64,000 nt of DNA, taken from positions 37,262,001 through 37,326,000 of the forward strand of contig CM060731.1 of NCBI GenBank assembly GCA_030704615.1, read 5' to 3'. Source of the stretch: Takakia lepidozioides (lineage: Eukaryota > Plantae > Bryophyta). Numbering within the stretch: position 1 is the first letter of the stretch; every line of letters begins with the position of its first letter. The translations under genes and the position numbers were made by a program. Under the pieces are notes generated by a model. It did not search any database and had not been told where the DNA came from. It was given only the letters and a program-made list of their open reading frames with translations. Positions 24,597-38,425 of the stretch are shown one piece after another.

Positions 24597-27500
24597 ATGA
24601 CTCCGGAAATGGCGTCGCTAGGAGTCCGAGATGCAGAGGGAATGGAGGGGTTGAGAGAGGTGAAGGCGAAGCTGGGGGTGTATTTGCATCCGTCGAGAGC
24701 TGCCAATGTGCAACAAGGCGTTCGGGAAATTCTGAATTCTCTCCTTCTGCGGTATGTCTCTCTATCTCCCTCCCACTTTTTGAAGTATACGCATTCTTTC
24801 TTCCTGGGCCTCTCCCTCCTTAACTTCAGGTTGCTTAACGCCCGTATGTTTCGCTAACTGCTATCTATAATCCCTCTGACTGCAGTGCATGTGGAGTGAT
24901 ATTACAATAGCATTTGCATTGTTGGGTGCCAGCGCCCTTTGTCCCCAGAATGTCTTTTTATGGAATTTTGGTTCGAAGTGTAGGTGATGTCAGTGTTTTC
25001 AAATTTCAGAATTGGTCTTGAAAAGTTCAATCCTCAGCGGGAGGAGGTAGTCCGGGGATTGTGGTCTTCCACCACAGAGATTGGGACATTTTGGATGCCA
25101 CCGGCTGATTCGTGCGGAATCACAGCACAGTGGCCAGTATGACTTGGGCCAGACGATATCTTGGTTGATCATGCATTGTTGAATACTATTGAACTTGTCA
25201 GGGTATGCTATCTCTCAATTTCTCTAAGTGAATTGAGAGGAGATTTGGGAGTGCAGGCACAGCGAGGAGTTTGAAGGAGTGGTCCTTGCGTATTTAGATC
25301 CCACAATCCAGGGCCGTACAGGAGGCATTTTGTCCGGTTTGTCCCCGTATTTCCATGTGCACCTGACAGCGACCCTCATCCTATTCTCTCCTAAGGTCGG
25401 AATGACCATAGGTGTGTTCCAATTCATCCTCATTGCTGTCTTCTTTGTGAAGTAGTGAAGTAGATATCTGCTACCCAAAGTATCAAGACCTAAACCATGG
25501 CTAAGCAGGATGGAAACAATTCGGTCACATGGACTGTTGGAACTTCCTTCTGGTAACTGTCAATGAAACATTGTTGAGGACAATCAGTCGGAGCTATATA
25601 ATTGAGGCTACATTGTATTTGGAGCAGAGGGTAAGGTGAATAAAGTGGAGAGGGACTACCTAGGGGTGGTCGTATTAGGGCTATTCAATGCAGCCATTGG
25701 CGTTTCTGATATCCGTGAAGATCTTTACTACAATGAATCGGTACGTCCAATGCTGTTCCAACTTTAGTCCAATATGCTTGGCGGTGATACACTGCATGCA
25801 CATATATGCTCACATCTTAGCGTACATTGAATATGAGGTGCAGCACACTCAACTACAGAGAAATTCAGGGACTGAGGGCGGGAAGACTTAGAAGTGAGAC
25901 TCGATTAATGCATCAATCACCCACTACTTAATTCCTTTGCAAGTCAGAGCTTTCAGCTTTGTCTTGTGGCTCTGAGAAGAGGGGTGCAGTGAGACTCCAG
26001 TAGCTGAAATGTTTTTGCATACCAATCCGTTGTTGGGTTGTATTCTGCTTCATGTTACGCTTGGCAAGTACGGAGAACACATTTACTTTTGAGAGAACCG
26101 AGTGAAGTGACATCCTCTGTTGTGGTCATGTTCCTTTGGTTTGTACAGGCAGGCACCAGGGCATGGATGAGTGAATCAGATGACCAGCATTCCATTAAAC
26201 TGGGCAGCATCATCTGCTTTTCTGTCAAGAGGTGTGTTTATGTTCTCCCCATCTGTCTGTATCTCTCTCTCTTTGTCAATCTCGAGGCTGAGCCAAAAGC
26301 CCAGGTCCTTTGGGGTCTAGTTATTGGGCAAATCACACACAGCAGATTGATGTTTGTGTGAAGGGATTTCTAGAGGATATCTGGAAAACTCGGATCAACA
26401 GCATGTTTCAAGGTAAGTCATACTACCGGCGTGAGCCTCTGACAAAGGTAGTCTCGGTCCCTTTGTGTTCCGCTCAAACTGGGCACGGGGTCAATGGCCA
26501 CAAGGCTACGGCAAACCATTTTTATGAGCACATTCTCTTTGTCACAGCTTACCTGCACGAGGCACTTCGTCTTTGGCCCACATTTGCTCTTCCTTGAAGT
26601 GGTTTTGTGTTGTTCTGCATTGCCCAGTGGGCCCTGAGGGCCCCCTTTGTTTGTTAGAACGTGTGTTGTGTGTGTGTCTCTCTCCCTGGCAGCTGTCCCT
26701 CTGATCTAAGTATAATACCTATGAGAATGTCATTGTTAGAAAATGAGCTTTACATGTTGGCACAAGTTTGAAGTTAGCAAGTCAGACTTTGTTGGCCTGT
26801 ATGACTGAAGTCTCTGTCACTTTCTCCTCTTATTCCCTCACTTGAGGTAAACAGGGTTCAAGCAGTTATTGGTGAGCTAACAGAGCTGCTCTGCAGTGTG
26901 CAGGAATCAGAAGAAATAATTGACATCTGTGGGTCTCTCCAAGGATCTCTCACAGGCTCTGTGGACTGGCTGGCTGCTGGGACTAGACACAAAGAAAGAA
27001 GGCAGACCATCAGTCCCAATAGCAGGTTAGTTTCTATTTTCCCAATCGTTGATATCCACATCACCAAATGAATCGCATAGCATGCATGGAAACTTCTAAT
27101 TCCAGGGTCACTTGTGGAGAGTGGTAGCCACTTCATCCTGTGGCAAATTATGTACGAATTCAATATCAGAAGTGGGCCCTCAAATCTTCTCTGCAATTCG
27201 AAGTGCAGTGTCACAATATGTGCTAACTCAGGTTATCTTTTGCATATCAATTTAGCTTTCCAAAAAGTCTGACACAACCATAAGCAACTTAGTTGAAAAA
27301 GAAAGATCCCATCACAATAAAGGAAAATAAAGAAAATAAAGATTTACAACACACAGAACAATGGAAGGTCAGGAATCTAAAGTACATTCAGGCATATGAC
27401 AAATGGTTTCTTTTTCTTTCTCTGGGATCGATTATAGATCCCTGGAGAATGGAGCCAAATTGTCCAAGCACAACCAAGCAAAAAGGAAGGAGAGGATATC

Positions 27501-27630
27501 AGAGGCTTCTGAAGGTATAAACAGAGATAGCAAAAAGCGGAAGAAGCGGGAGAAGCAAGAAATGAGGAATGAGAACAGCCATAAGTCCAAGAGACAAAAG
27601 GGCGAGGTGGGCGAGGTGGGTACTGGTTAA
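24597..27630 (+). CDS. RPA43: RNA polymerase I subunit RPA43 (A43/RPB7 family), 6 exons
   Basis: Exons 24597-24751, 25257-25411, 25628-25740, 26149-26231, 26897-27025 and 27438-27630 (GT-AG). Peptides: MEGL..VYLHPSRA, FEGVVLAY, PYFHVHLTATLILFSPKVG, EGKVNKV..YLGVVVLGLFNAAI, and a basic C-terminal tail. Confidence 0.9.
26275..26540 (+). mobile_element. LINE/SINE 3'-end copy in RPA43 intron 4
   Basis: Near-identical to 245-510 (EAEPKAQ...WANHTQQIDVCVKGFLEDIWKTRIN plus the same tail). Confidence 0.75.
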
Positions 27631-28501
27631 TTTCTAGCCTTCACAGTTTTGCCCTTCCCTTCATGCTGCAAGTTCAGTGGGTGAATTGTAATGCTCTAGT
27701 TTAACTCTTTGAATTCCATCAATCCATTCATTGTTCCAATAGAGAGCCCAATGGTCTAAGGTATCTGCAGAATGCCTGTAGCAGCATAGTTAACTCCGAC
27801 ACTAGATTAAGAAGTGTGCTTTTCACCAAGCCGAGTGAAGATTTTCTGGGAGTGTAGGAAAGATTAATTTGGTCTTCCCACCCCCAAACCCCGAGTCTTA
27901 AGAAAAAAGACATCTTGGATGTCATGAATTCAGCTGTGAGGAAGAATGTGGTGAAGCTTGTGGGAGTGAAGCACAAAGAGAACTGTTTGATTTGGTACGT
28001 GCTGGTAGCCCTAGATATTGATGCTGATGGTTGCATGGATCTTGGAGTGGATGGGTGAGGGGGCTTTTCCTAAGAGATAGAGCATGTGGAATTTCTTCTA
28101 AAGCTGAGTACAGGATGAAGTAAATGGTAGTGTTCTATGGTTTTAGCGATGTTTGGACCAAAGATGTTGTCTTGTAGTTCTGACAGTTATCAGCATATTT
28201 GTATATGCATGTGTTTGATAATCAGTTTAACTGATTACAAGATTCTCAAACACTTATGCAAATCTGGTGACTGTCAGAATTCCAAGACAATCCAACCATT
28301 AAAGAAGCAAACCATATAGTGTTTTATAGGAGAAATAACCTCTTTCACAGTAACCACGCCATGAAGGCTGAGAAATGGGACACCGCCCAGGGAAGGGGGA
28401 GAAGAGTATCCCCAGAATCATCTGGGTGGCACACAGTGCACTTTATCGACTGAGCTACTGACTGATGGTGATTTAATATGTTCTCAATCTACAGAAAACG
28501 G

Positions 28502-28941
28502 CTCAGAATTTTGTGTGGCCTCGTCGTCATGAGGCTGGTCAGACGATGGGGCCTGCTGTCTCATTAATATAGGAGCAAACTACCTTCATGCTTCCAGGAC
28601 TTAGAATATTTTTTGGCATATGAAATTTACAACTACCTCCATGCGGGTACTTATAGGATTTTCTAAACCAAGCTGAAACTACCTGCATGAGAGTAGCTAC
28701 ATACTACCTCCACTGAGGTAGTTGTAGGCAATGCCTACCACGTGATCCACATGCAGGGAATGGAACCCGAGACCTGCATTGCCACCAGACCACAACCTCC
28801 ACCGCCCCACTGTACTGTAGTTTTTTTAATATATAAGAGAAAGGGGGAATAGGGATCGTTTTAATCTAGCGGCCGCTGTCAGGTCCCTGTCCCCTCTGCA
28901 CCTCGAGGCCTCATTAGAACGAGGCCACACAAAATTCTGAG
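28502..28941. mobile_element. MITE of about 440 bp with terminal inverted repeats
   Basis: Perfect 23-bp TIR CTCAGAATTTTGTGTGGCCTCGT (28502-28524 and 28919-28941), extending imperfectly to about 34 bp; no TSD found. Confidence 0.7.
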
Positions 28942-29603
28942 GCAAAACATACTTTCTTCATAGCCTCAAAATATGAATGTATATAGTTTTGGAACACAAT
29001 AAATAGTTAATTTGCTCCAAACATTTGTACATATTGCATCAAATGATTTTCTAATATTTATTCTGCACATGCCAACTTCACTTCTAAGCTTTGAAAGCCC
29101 CATGAGAGGTAGCCACTACGTAAAATAACACAGTTTTCCAATAATTTGTGCTGGAAGAATGATTAACCTTACAACAGCCTGGAGACATAGTATCTTCAAT
29201 TATGTAAGAATAGGGACATATCCTTCCCTAGTGACACTTGGAAATTCAGTTAAAAATATCACCCCAAGTATGAAGATAAGATATACGCATTCACTGGATA
29301 ATATATTAGATGGACTACAGTTATTCGTCTATTTTAACCCTTAAAGGACGAGCTAACTTTTTACACTTTTTCCAAAAATAGCTAATCGAGTCTTCTAAAA
29401 TCCAGCGAACTCCAACCATGGTTACAACAATTTATAGTGCAAATGAACGGAGTCCACTGCTGTCACTGATATTTACCAAAAGTTAATCCCTAACTTCAGA
29501 CTCCCAATGCAATAAGCAACCTAAAACCCCTAATGAATTATCACCTAACAAGCTTTAGATGTATCCATCGATAACAAAATCAAGAGCAAAAATGCCACTC
29601 CCC

Positions 29604-30730
29604 AAGATAGCACGGGCGTTGGACATGTCTTCCAAGGGAACACCTCTTGTGTTTAGAGTTCCACATCTGGAAGGGGATGAGAGATTCGGCTCCTGCAAGA
29701 GGAAATTGAACACCCCACCTGGTTCGGATTCCGATTTGCACGGGGCAGACCGTGATAACTTCTCCACGCCTCGTGTCCCTCTACATGAGAAATATATCTC
29801 CGGACCATCTCTTCTTGAGGAACCTGCGACAGGACGGCAAGCTTCAACATATAACATTCCCATTGAAATGGTGCAAGAGATAAATTTGCTCCCTGATATT
29901 ATGGAGTCCATCACATTTGGCACATAGAGCGCACAACTGCAGGGTCTCGTGTCAAATGTACGGCGATCAGGGCAACCAATTCTGAGAAATGCACTTCTTC
30001 TATATCCAGAGATGGTGCCCGCACTCCAGCTCCAACTTTCACTGGTTTGATGCACCTATATGAGCAGTCAGAAGCCAAGAACCACAAGTTCTGGTTCTGT
30101 GCAGACGATTGTGGGAGTCGTATGCATGGAACTGTGCGACCTTCCGTGGTGATGAAGCCAACTCCACCAGCTGTTTGGCCCGTGAAGTTGGGAACAAATC
30201 TCACAAATCAAGAGATTGCAATGCTGGAAGAGGCAAGGTTTTCCCTTGCAAGACAACCCTGTGTGCATGCATCTGCTTCCAGTTCTGGAAGTACAAGGGT
30301 CCCTCCGCTAGATGCTCATTTGTGCCCAACAAAACGAAATGGAAAGCTTGTTCGGCGTTTCCCTCCAACTGCAGAACACTTCGGCAAGGTGGAGTCCGCT
30401 AGAATGCTCCAAGTTCGTGTTTCCAGCACGACGGATGTGCCCGATCCTGGGTATGGTAAGGTGTACACAATGATCACCTCGACATCTGCTGTTCACGATA
30501 GGGCGTACGACATCACTGCTTCCAATTTCCCCAATTGCACCTGTCCTGATTTTGTTGAGATGCTATCAACCAGTTTGGGCAAGAGAGGTAAATTCGTACC
30601 CTGCAAACATTTGTACTTCATCTTCGTGAAGAAGATGGTTTGTGATCCCAAACGTGACAATTTCATCCACCAGGCGACAATGAGTTTCAACGAGATCAAT
30701 ACTCTCTTGCAACATGATACAAGCACATAA
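29604..30730 (+). pseudogene. MULE-like transposase C-terminal part with SWIM zinc finger (displaced by inversion)
   Basis: SWIM motif Y.I......NCTCPDF...PCKHLYFIF. Its start KIARALDM continues ...RSGDP from 32642 on the minus strand. Confidence 0.8.
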
Positions 30731-31452
30731 GTAGATGACTTGCTGTTTCTGGAATGTGGTGAATGTTCAATCCGGTATCGCAAATCTGAATTCAGGTTGG
30801 TTTGAACTGTGAGTATGCAAAGGGTGCAACCATGATGTATAATGTGTAGTTGGAACATTGTCACTATAAAACATTTCAATTCAATAGCAACATTCGTGAG
30901 GTTGTGGAATGATATGGTAGGCCTTCTCCCTCCATTATGCTTCCAATTGTATAATATGTGTGCTCTCTTTGACAATTTTATGGAGCTCATGCAACATTGG
31001 TCCTGTGGATGTCTACATGTGCTTATTTCCAATGTTATCCGAATTGTCAATGTTATTTGGGGAGGGTCGGGGTGTTTCCTATATCGTCATGTATGCCACT
31101 GAAGTTGTGAGGTTAGTTTGTCGTCCTTGTAATTGTAATTGTCAAAATTAAAGTATTAATTGCAGATTATTGTGGAATGGACGCTACAGTTGTGGGCTTA
31201 TTTCCTGTTTCGGGTGTTTCATGATAGTCTTCATGTTATTTACCAAATGATTGCCCAAGTTAATCCCACAGTCATAGGACCCTCGGGAATAGGCTCCTTA
31301 TGTTTCTGCTCACGTGGCGTCACCTCAGCACCCAACTCCATGTCAGCTTGCTGACATCAGGCTCACGCAATGTCAGCAGGATTGTGGGCTCACGCCACCT
31401 CTACAGCCGTGAGCGTACGCTCACGCGCAAGGCTCACACCGTTGCGTCGTTG

Positions 31453-32646
31453 AAATTCAACCAGCACTCTAGGTTCTAAGCCCTGGCAAGCAATGTGGAA
31501 GGCATGGCATACCTTGAGGGGATTTCTATTTCAGAGAATGCCAATAAACAGACCAGAGTGCTTGCGGCAACCAATCTTTGCCAATTACAACTTGGACTCT
31601 GAAATCTAAGACAAACCCCAAGATGAGCTTTTTGGGAAGGTCAAGGCTTCACACACATTGCTAGCATGCAGATCCAAGGGAAGTTCCTCCCGCTTGCGGA
31701 TGTGGTGCAGGCTGCGGGAGGACAAAGAGAGAGAGACTGGAATACCATTTGTGAAAACATCCCACAGTATATGTTTCAGTTATTGTCGGAAAGCGATGAG
31801 CTAGGCAATACCCCAGCTTGGATGGCCTCTCGGCAAGGGGATGGTCATTCTGTCACACTAGTTCTATCTGTGATTGAAAGAAGGGCATCATGCTTACACT
31901 TCAGAGCTGACTGTGAAGGCTCCCTAGCCTTCCGTGGCAACATTGAACTACATATGCAATACCTCTACCACATTCGGGTGCTGGACTGCGAAGGAAATGC
32001 TAACTGAATTCCACCAATCAATCAGGAAGTCCAGTGGGCTTACCATATCTCATTGTATTGCTTTCTAACTGCCCCCTTGCATGATCTCCAGTTTCATCCG
32101 GGGGAGTGGAGGTGGATGGATACTAAGCACTCCCCCATCTTTGCATATTCGGTGAAGATAGGCTACTCCATTCTCAACCCAGCTTGCTCGTTCCTTTATA
32201 ATTGGCAATCAAAGTGGGATAACCATAAGCTCACTCAAAGAAACTGGGATACCATTTGGAAGGATGTCTGGAGAAAAGATAGGGCCACAAAGATCTCGGC
32301 CTTTCTATGGAAGCTAGCACACAGAGTTCTCCCAGTCAGACAAGCCACCCATGAGGATCACCCAACCTGCACTATCTGTCAATCGCAAATAGAATCAATA
32401 GAACACTGCCTAACATCATGTCATTTGGCCTCTAGGGTGTGGCAGGTGGTCTTATCTTTCTACTCGCATTGGGCCTCACTCCCCTCCCCTCCGCCCTCCT
32501 CCCTGCTTATTCTCAACTGTTTGCCTGGCCATCATCCCTCTTCTTGTCCTGTTTGGGATGCACTAAGAGCACTTACAAATGGAATTTGTGGAAAGCTAGG
32601 TGTGTTTGGGTTTCAAGGGCAAGCCCCCAAGGGGCAGATCGCTTGG
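31453..32646 (+). mobile_element. L1-type LINE ORF2, 3' part (zf-RVT)
   Basis: WKDVW...KISAFLWKLAHRVLPV...CTICQSQIESIEHCLTSC...WNLWKARC. It continues the minus-strand LINE broken at 49317. Confidence 0.85.
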
Positions 32647-35012
32647 ATCCCCTGATCTGCTTGCAGTACGCAACATCAACTCTTGTTTGTCCGGACCCTT
32701 CCCACCAACGCCTCCTCTCAAGAAGTCACGATATTTGGTTTGTTGTTGGAGTGCACGTATGAGATCATCTGTTGTTGCCAAATATAAATCCCGACCCCGT
32801 TTCCCGGACTGTTGCAACCATGCATTGTGCACTGTCTCTGCCAAATTGCAAGATGGCATGTCTGCCATTTCCTCAATGGACATGTTCTGTAAAGTGAAAA
32901 ACACACTTCAGAATATCCAAGAGGTTACAACACCACCCAAGCATATGCAGATCTGCACCACGAAACAATATGGAAAATGCATGCAGTACTAGAGACGTAT
33001 TGTTGTCATGGATGCTCCCCACTGTCTGTACTAGAAGTGCCAAAACACCAACCAATCTTCCAACGCTCTCATACTCTCAAGTGATGCTGCTCCTGAAGAG
33101 AACCACCAGGCACGAATTGTCTAGAACAATGTATTCGCCTCCGCCATTGATTTTGCATCTTTGTACTCTTTGCACAACTTACGATGATGTGTCTGCATCT
33201 CAGGTTTGATATCTGCTTTCGTATGTTTCTCCAGAGATTGGGTCCAATGGAATAGACATGTACGCTCTTTTCCCTCCATTGGCACCTTTGGGTTCCCCGA
33301 TCCGAAGATAATTCATATAGCATTGAAATTCGCCTGTGCACTATCTGCCATGAAACCAGCAAAATTCGGAGCAGGGACGCCATGACACCCCATAACACAA
33401 ATCAAGGATTTCCACATTAGCTGTTGGGATTCCGAATCCTCCGATTGCATGTCACTAACTGCAATTGTCATAACTCGCTGGTATACAGGATCGTACACAT
33501 GACAAGCCATAGTCATCCAATCTTTCACCCGTTTGACGTGATCAAACATAAGAAAATATTTCTCCAGGTCGCCACTCTTCTGCATCCGCCTGACGAGGCT
33601 CACCCCGCTGCCCTCCCCAGTTGTGGACATTTTGAAAAGATATACTTTTGTCGCTCCTTGCCCTGGAAACACACTGTCCTGTATGTAGTCGTACTTGCTC
33701 ATTCCTTTCAATTCCAGAATGTTGTCAATGTAGCCTCTATTTCTAGAGCGCATTCTCAATGCATTCACCTGATGGCGAATGTTGGGTGAACTCAATGTGG
33801 AGAAATGATCCATGACAATGTCCAATGTTGGTCCATCAAGTGTACTTCCCACAGAATCCACTGCACAGAAAATATGGTTGTCCAAGAGCTCTTGCTTGCG
33901 GCAAGAGCAATTGCAGATGTGGTTGCGGAAGGGTTGCTCTCGTACTCCTGTTTAATCAACTTCGACACTGTCTCAAGACTTTCCCTGTGATCTCCCTTTG
34001 AGACTGGATGGTTATGGAAACCAAAATGCACACAAGCTCGAGTCATAGTTTTCAAACGGTGCACCACATAGTACATTCTTGCACCACACACCGCCAGGCA
34101 TGATGGGACAAACTTGCAAAATTTACAAACGAAAGTATCCGTCTGTGTAGGAGCCGCCCCCGGCTTCAATGGATTTTCAACGATACCCTCCCACTCGCTC
34201 TGGTTGTGAGCCCCCGATTGAAGAAAGTGCCTGCAATTGAAATTTTCGCACCTGAGGTGCCCATTGCAAACTGTTATCCTGAAGATGAGTTTGTCGTGAT
34301 TTTGAATATTCGACGATTTCGTCCTACACCATGGGTGTCCATCATGTCTCTTGTCCATACCATGCATCAGGCTTGAAATACCTCCAATATGGTGAGGAGG
34401 AAGGAGCTTGAAAAGGATATCCCCATCAAACGTCTCTGGAAGATATTTCACAGGCACAATATTGAAAGTGTCCCAACAAATTCCCCACAACTCACTTTTG
34501 AAACCGGCCATCCCCCCCATTGCCTGTAGTTTTGGAATGACACTGGAGATCTCTTGAACATCATCTTGCACAACTACATGAGGATGCACGTCAGTAGTGA
34601 TTTCAGTGATGTCTTCATCTGATGAATCCGAAAGCTCAACGATTGGAGTGGAGGTTGTTTCCTCTTTTTTCACTACAACGTCCCTTTTGTCTTGAACCAC
34701 AGAAGCAGCCGTCCCTGGAGTAACATACGATCCAAGGGACTTTCGTCGAGGCTCCCCAAGGACCCTGTATCTCTAAGGCCGGACTCTCCACTGTCTGACA
34801 AGAGCTGTCTCATCACGGTTTTGGAAGGAGTACTTCAACAACTTCCTGTCCAAATCGTACACCTCTCTCTCCAAGAAAATTGTCCCATTTTGTAGCTCAA
34901 ACCGGGTCGTCAAGACATGTTCGAGAACAACTGCGAACCCATCGGCAAGGGCTTCTTTGGAGAACGGCACTGGTATCTCGTCAGAAAAGAACTCCGCTTC
35001 AGAGAAAGCCAT
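32642..35012 (-). pseudogene. MULE-like transposase, N-terminal and catalytic part
   Basis: GCM/WRKY-like Zn domain (DGHPW...CNGHLRCEN.NC...C..C...HFGFHNHP). Catalytic core MFDHVKRV...FMADSAQANFNA, CxxH motif (ERTCLFHW) and CNLAETVH glutamate motif. Several frameshifts. Confidence 0.8.
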
Positions 35013-36551
35013 CTTACTTCCTCTCGTAGGATGATCCCTTCTTTTCGCGGCTCTTTAGTGAAATCTGTTGAGTCAGGTCTCCAAAACACTGGAGAAGCAT
35101 GCGCAGAGGAAATACGGAGGAAGTACACACGATGATTGTGCACATTATGTTATTCCTTGCCTTTGGCGAGCTCTTCCTGACAACCCGCCGTCCCATTTAA
35201 TTTCTTTTTTTGTGGGCCCTGTAGACGGCGTTGCCTTACAAGCAATTTCGACAGGTGTTACACCTTTATTGAGATCGTCCTCAAGTAACAACAAAAACCT
35301 GCCGACTTCTCAAAAGCGTGCCAAAGGATTTGAGGGTGGGATAGCAACTGAAGTAAATGCATCTGAATAACACTATGATTGATCATGCGCACTTGGAAAG
35401 TCCACTTTGTTCAACTTTGATTTAACCACTATGGGAATGTCAGACAAAACGAAAGTGTGGGAGACGTACAATGATGAGTGTGGATGATATCCAGAAAGAT
35501 GGAGGGGTTTTATGTATTCTGGAACCTCAACCAAAACGTATTTAGCAAATATCTGACAATGAAACCACAACAATTACTCATTTACTTACATTGGTTTGAG
35601 TTTTTGCGCCAGATGGCCCCATATTTTCATAGGCAGATATCTGGCCCCAATATCCCATATAATCCCAATAATCCAGAGAATTCTCTAGGAGCAGTTAGAC
35701 CAACTAGTTTTTTATTCCTAATGTACTGACGTTGTTACATTCAATTAATGAAACCCTTCAAAAAAACGACACATGGTTCATTTAGTGTGACACACGTCAA
35801 GCTTCGAAAACTACATTGCAGACGAACAACTGTCCAATAATGGCTGACAGGTGCACTAATCAGGAAATGACATTTGTGTAACGGTCACACGAGAGGGAAT
35901 CCGAGGCTTCCAGAGACAATCCCTAATGCACGCAACTCCGCAAGAAATCGAGAGTCACTTTGTCTTTCTTGTTTCCGCACTTAGAGGGAGAGAGGTAGTC
36001 AAGCTGGAGAGGGTTCCTTCTACGATACGAAAGAGAAGGAAGTCATTGTATTTTACTTCCCTTAGAGAGAGACTCAGAGCAAGAGAGCAAATGACGAGGC
36101 ATCATTTGATGGAGAACACAGGGCCACAACAGCAGGTGAACGCGGAGACTGCAATAGATGAGCAGACGGAGAATGATAGTGAGGCTGCAGCTGTCATACA
36201 ACCAGAGGGAACAGTGAACGTTGGCAACCAGACAATGGAAGCAGAGATGATTCGCAAGGAAACCGAAGGAGGTGGAAGTCCTGGGAACGCCGAACCGGGA
36301 GACGGTCTGCAAACCCTAGACCAGACAGGAATGCCCACAGACGTGAAAGGGAAGAGGAAAGTTGTTGAGGGGGATCCTAACTCAAAACCAAAGAAGGCGA
36401 CCGTAAGTTTTCTCCACCCTTCTTTTTCCTGTTTACAGATGTACGAACTAGGTGAGTGCAATCACCTAGAAAATCTAGTCCATACATGGAGCGATTTGTA
36501 AGTCCACTGAAGCAGGAGCTTTACACGAAAGTAATGAGCAATGAGAACTGC

Positions 36552-37764
36552 ACTGACCATCAGTATGCAGCTTTGATTTAAAATGAAGCCACGTATTGCA
36601 AGTTAGCAACAGTAGCTGTTTGCAATGGTCGGTACTGATAATCGCTGAGAGACGAGCATGTCCCTAATAACCTCCTGGGAGTTTACCTTCTGGAATGACA
36701 TGAGTTCTTTCACCTTGTCAAGGTAGTGCACTTCAGGTTCATTTGTGTCATCGCTATTCTCCGAACTCTTCGCAGAGTCGTCCCCATCTCCAGAATCTTT
36801 TTCCTCTGTTCCTGTCAGCTTGGTCTTCACAGTTTTCTACATGAGGCCATGCCAATCAGAGAGTCAGATATGTGCAAATAGTGATGGTCGGCACCGACAA
36901 TCACAGTATAATGTTTCAAAATAATGTGCAATGTAGTTTGCTTACATAGGCAAAAACAATGACTTCACAATGACTACAAAGTGATAAAAAAATGTTGAAT
37001 GCAGCTTCTTTACAACTGAAAGTACTCTAAGTTCTCAAGGAACAACGATTGGCAGTACCGACAATCACAAACTGTATCTGTAGCAAACAATAACAGAATA
37101 TGGCAAACCAAATCACTATGTCTGCATAGTGATGGTCGGTACTGACCATCAGTCTGTCTTGTCTCAAATCACAGTGATTGGCGGTACCGACAATCACAAC
37201 CATCTACTCTAACCTGATACAGACGAATGCAAACCAAATCACTATTCCACTGCATAGTGATGGTCGATACTCTTACTATGCATGCAGGTACAGGAAGGTC
37301 TCAAGGAGCAGCAAATGACATTAACGACAATTAGAAAACACTACACTAGAAAAATTGATAAGATGGGTTTGGTGCAAATCAATATGACTCATAGTGATTG
37401 TCGGCACCGACACTCACTTTCTTTTGTATAAAAAAGAACGTGGAATGCAGATTGTTTGAAATGCAAGAAATCTAAGTTTTGAAAGGAAAGCGATTGGCAT
37501 TACCGACAATCACTTCTACCTGTTGCAGAAAACAAGAAACAGAGTGCTGGAAAGAAAATCAGTATGACTCTATGGTGATGGTCATTACAGACCATCACTA
37601 TTTCTTGTCTCATAAGAATGTGCAATGCAAATGTTTTTACACATGAAGGTACAGTATGGTCTCAAGAACAGCCAATCATAAACAACTACTCTTGAAAACC
37701 TGAAAGAGAGGAATGCAAAGCAAATCAATATGACTTCATAGTGATGGTCAGTACCGACCATCAC
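36552..37764. repeat. Dispersed array of a 24-bp palindrome, consensus GTGATGGTCGGTACCGACCATCAC
   Basis: Copies at about 36552 (partial), 36623, 36881, 37045, 37129, 37174, 37257 (partial), 37394, 37490, 37575 and 37741. Further copies at 46294, 46409 and 47798. Confidence 0.9.
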
Positions 37765-38425
37765 TTTTTGTTGACTCTTAAGAATGTGCAATGCAGCTTA
37801 TGTGCACATGGAAGTGAACATCGTTCTGAAAATTGGAAACTGATTTCGTGCATGGATACAGACTTGGTGCACAAGTTTTTTACGTGTCACTGACGGATAC
37901 AAAAGGGAAAAGCACATTAGTGTCTCTTGAGATCACCGACACCTGGGATGAGTGCTGGAAAGATGTTAATGATGAGTTCGAGCTGGGCCTAATGATGGGA
38001 AATAACACCCAACAATTCTGCAACCACATGTTCTATGTTTGGGACGGCAACCACCGTTTGCTGGCATGGATGGGATACATTCAGAAACAGCATTCAAAAG
38101 ACAAAGTCAAGCATGTTGCTGTGGAGGCAATGGTTCTGGATCCTGGAAACAACATCGCGAGGCTTCTTACAACTATGCACGATGTGAACAAGTAAGTCAT
38201 CCTAGAGACTCCATTGCCTCTTGAATGTCTTGTTCATCCCACCAAAAATCGATGTTTACCAATGCATTGTTTTTTCTCTTTTTGCAAATCGATAGAAAAA
38301 TTTCATGTGACAACTAGCTTGGTCCACACACTTTTCCGAATTCAGAGAATTGGTCTAATGAAGCTGGATGATTTTCGCACAGTACTCCATCCTGATATAA
38401 TCAAAAAGTGCAACACAGGAAGAGC

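Noticed and set aside
28700-28730. let-7-like sequence TGAGGTAGTTGTAGG in a small hairpin
   Set aside because: Short chance match inside a MITE built from ACTACC repeats; let-7 is an animal miRNA.
36552-37764. CRISPR-like array (palindromic repeats with spacers)
   Set aside because: Spacing is irregular (about 45-260 bp), spacers resemble each other, no cas genes are present, and the context is eukaryotic and intronic.
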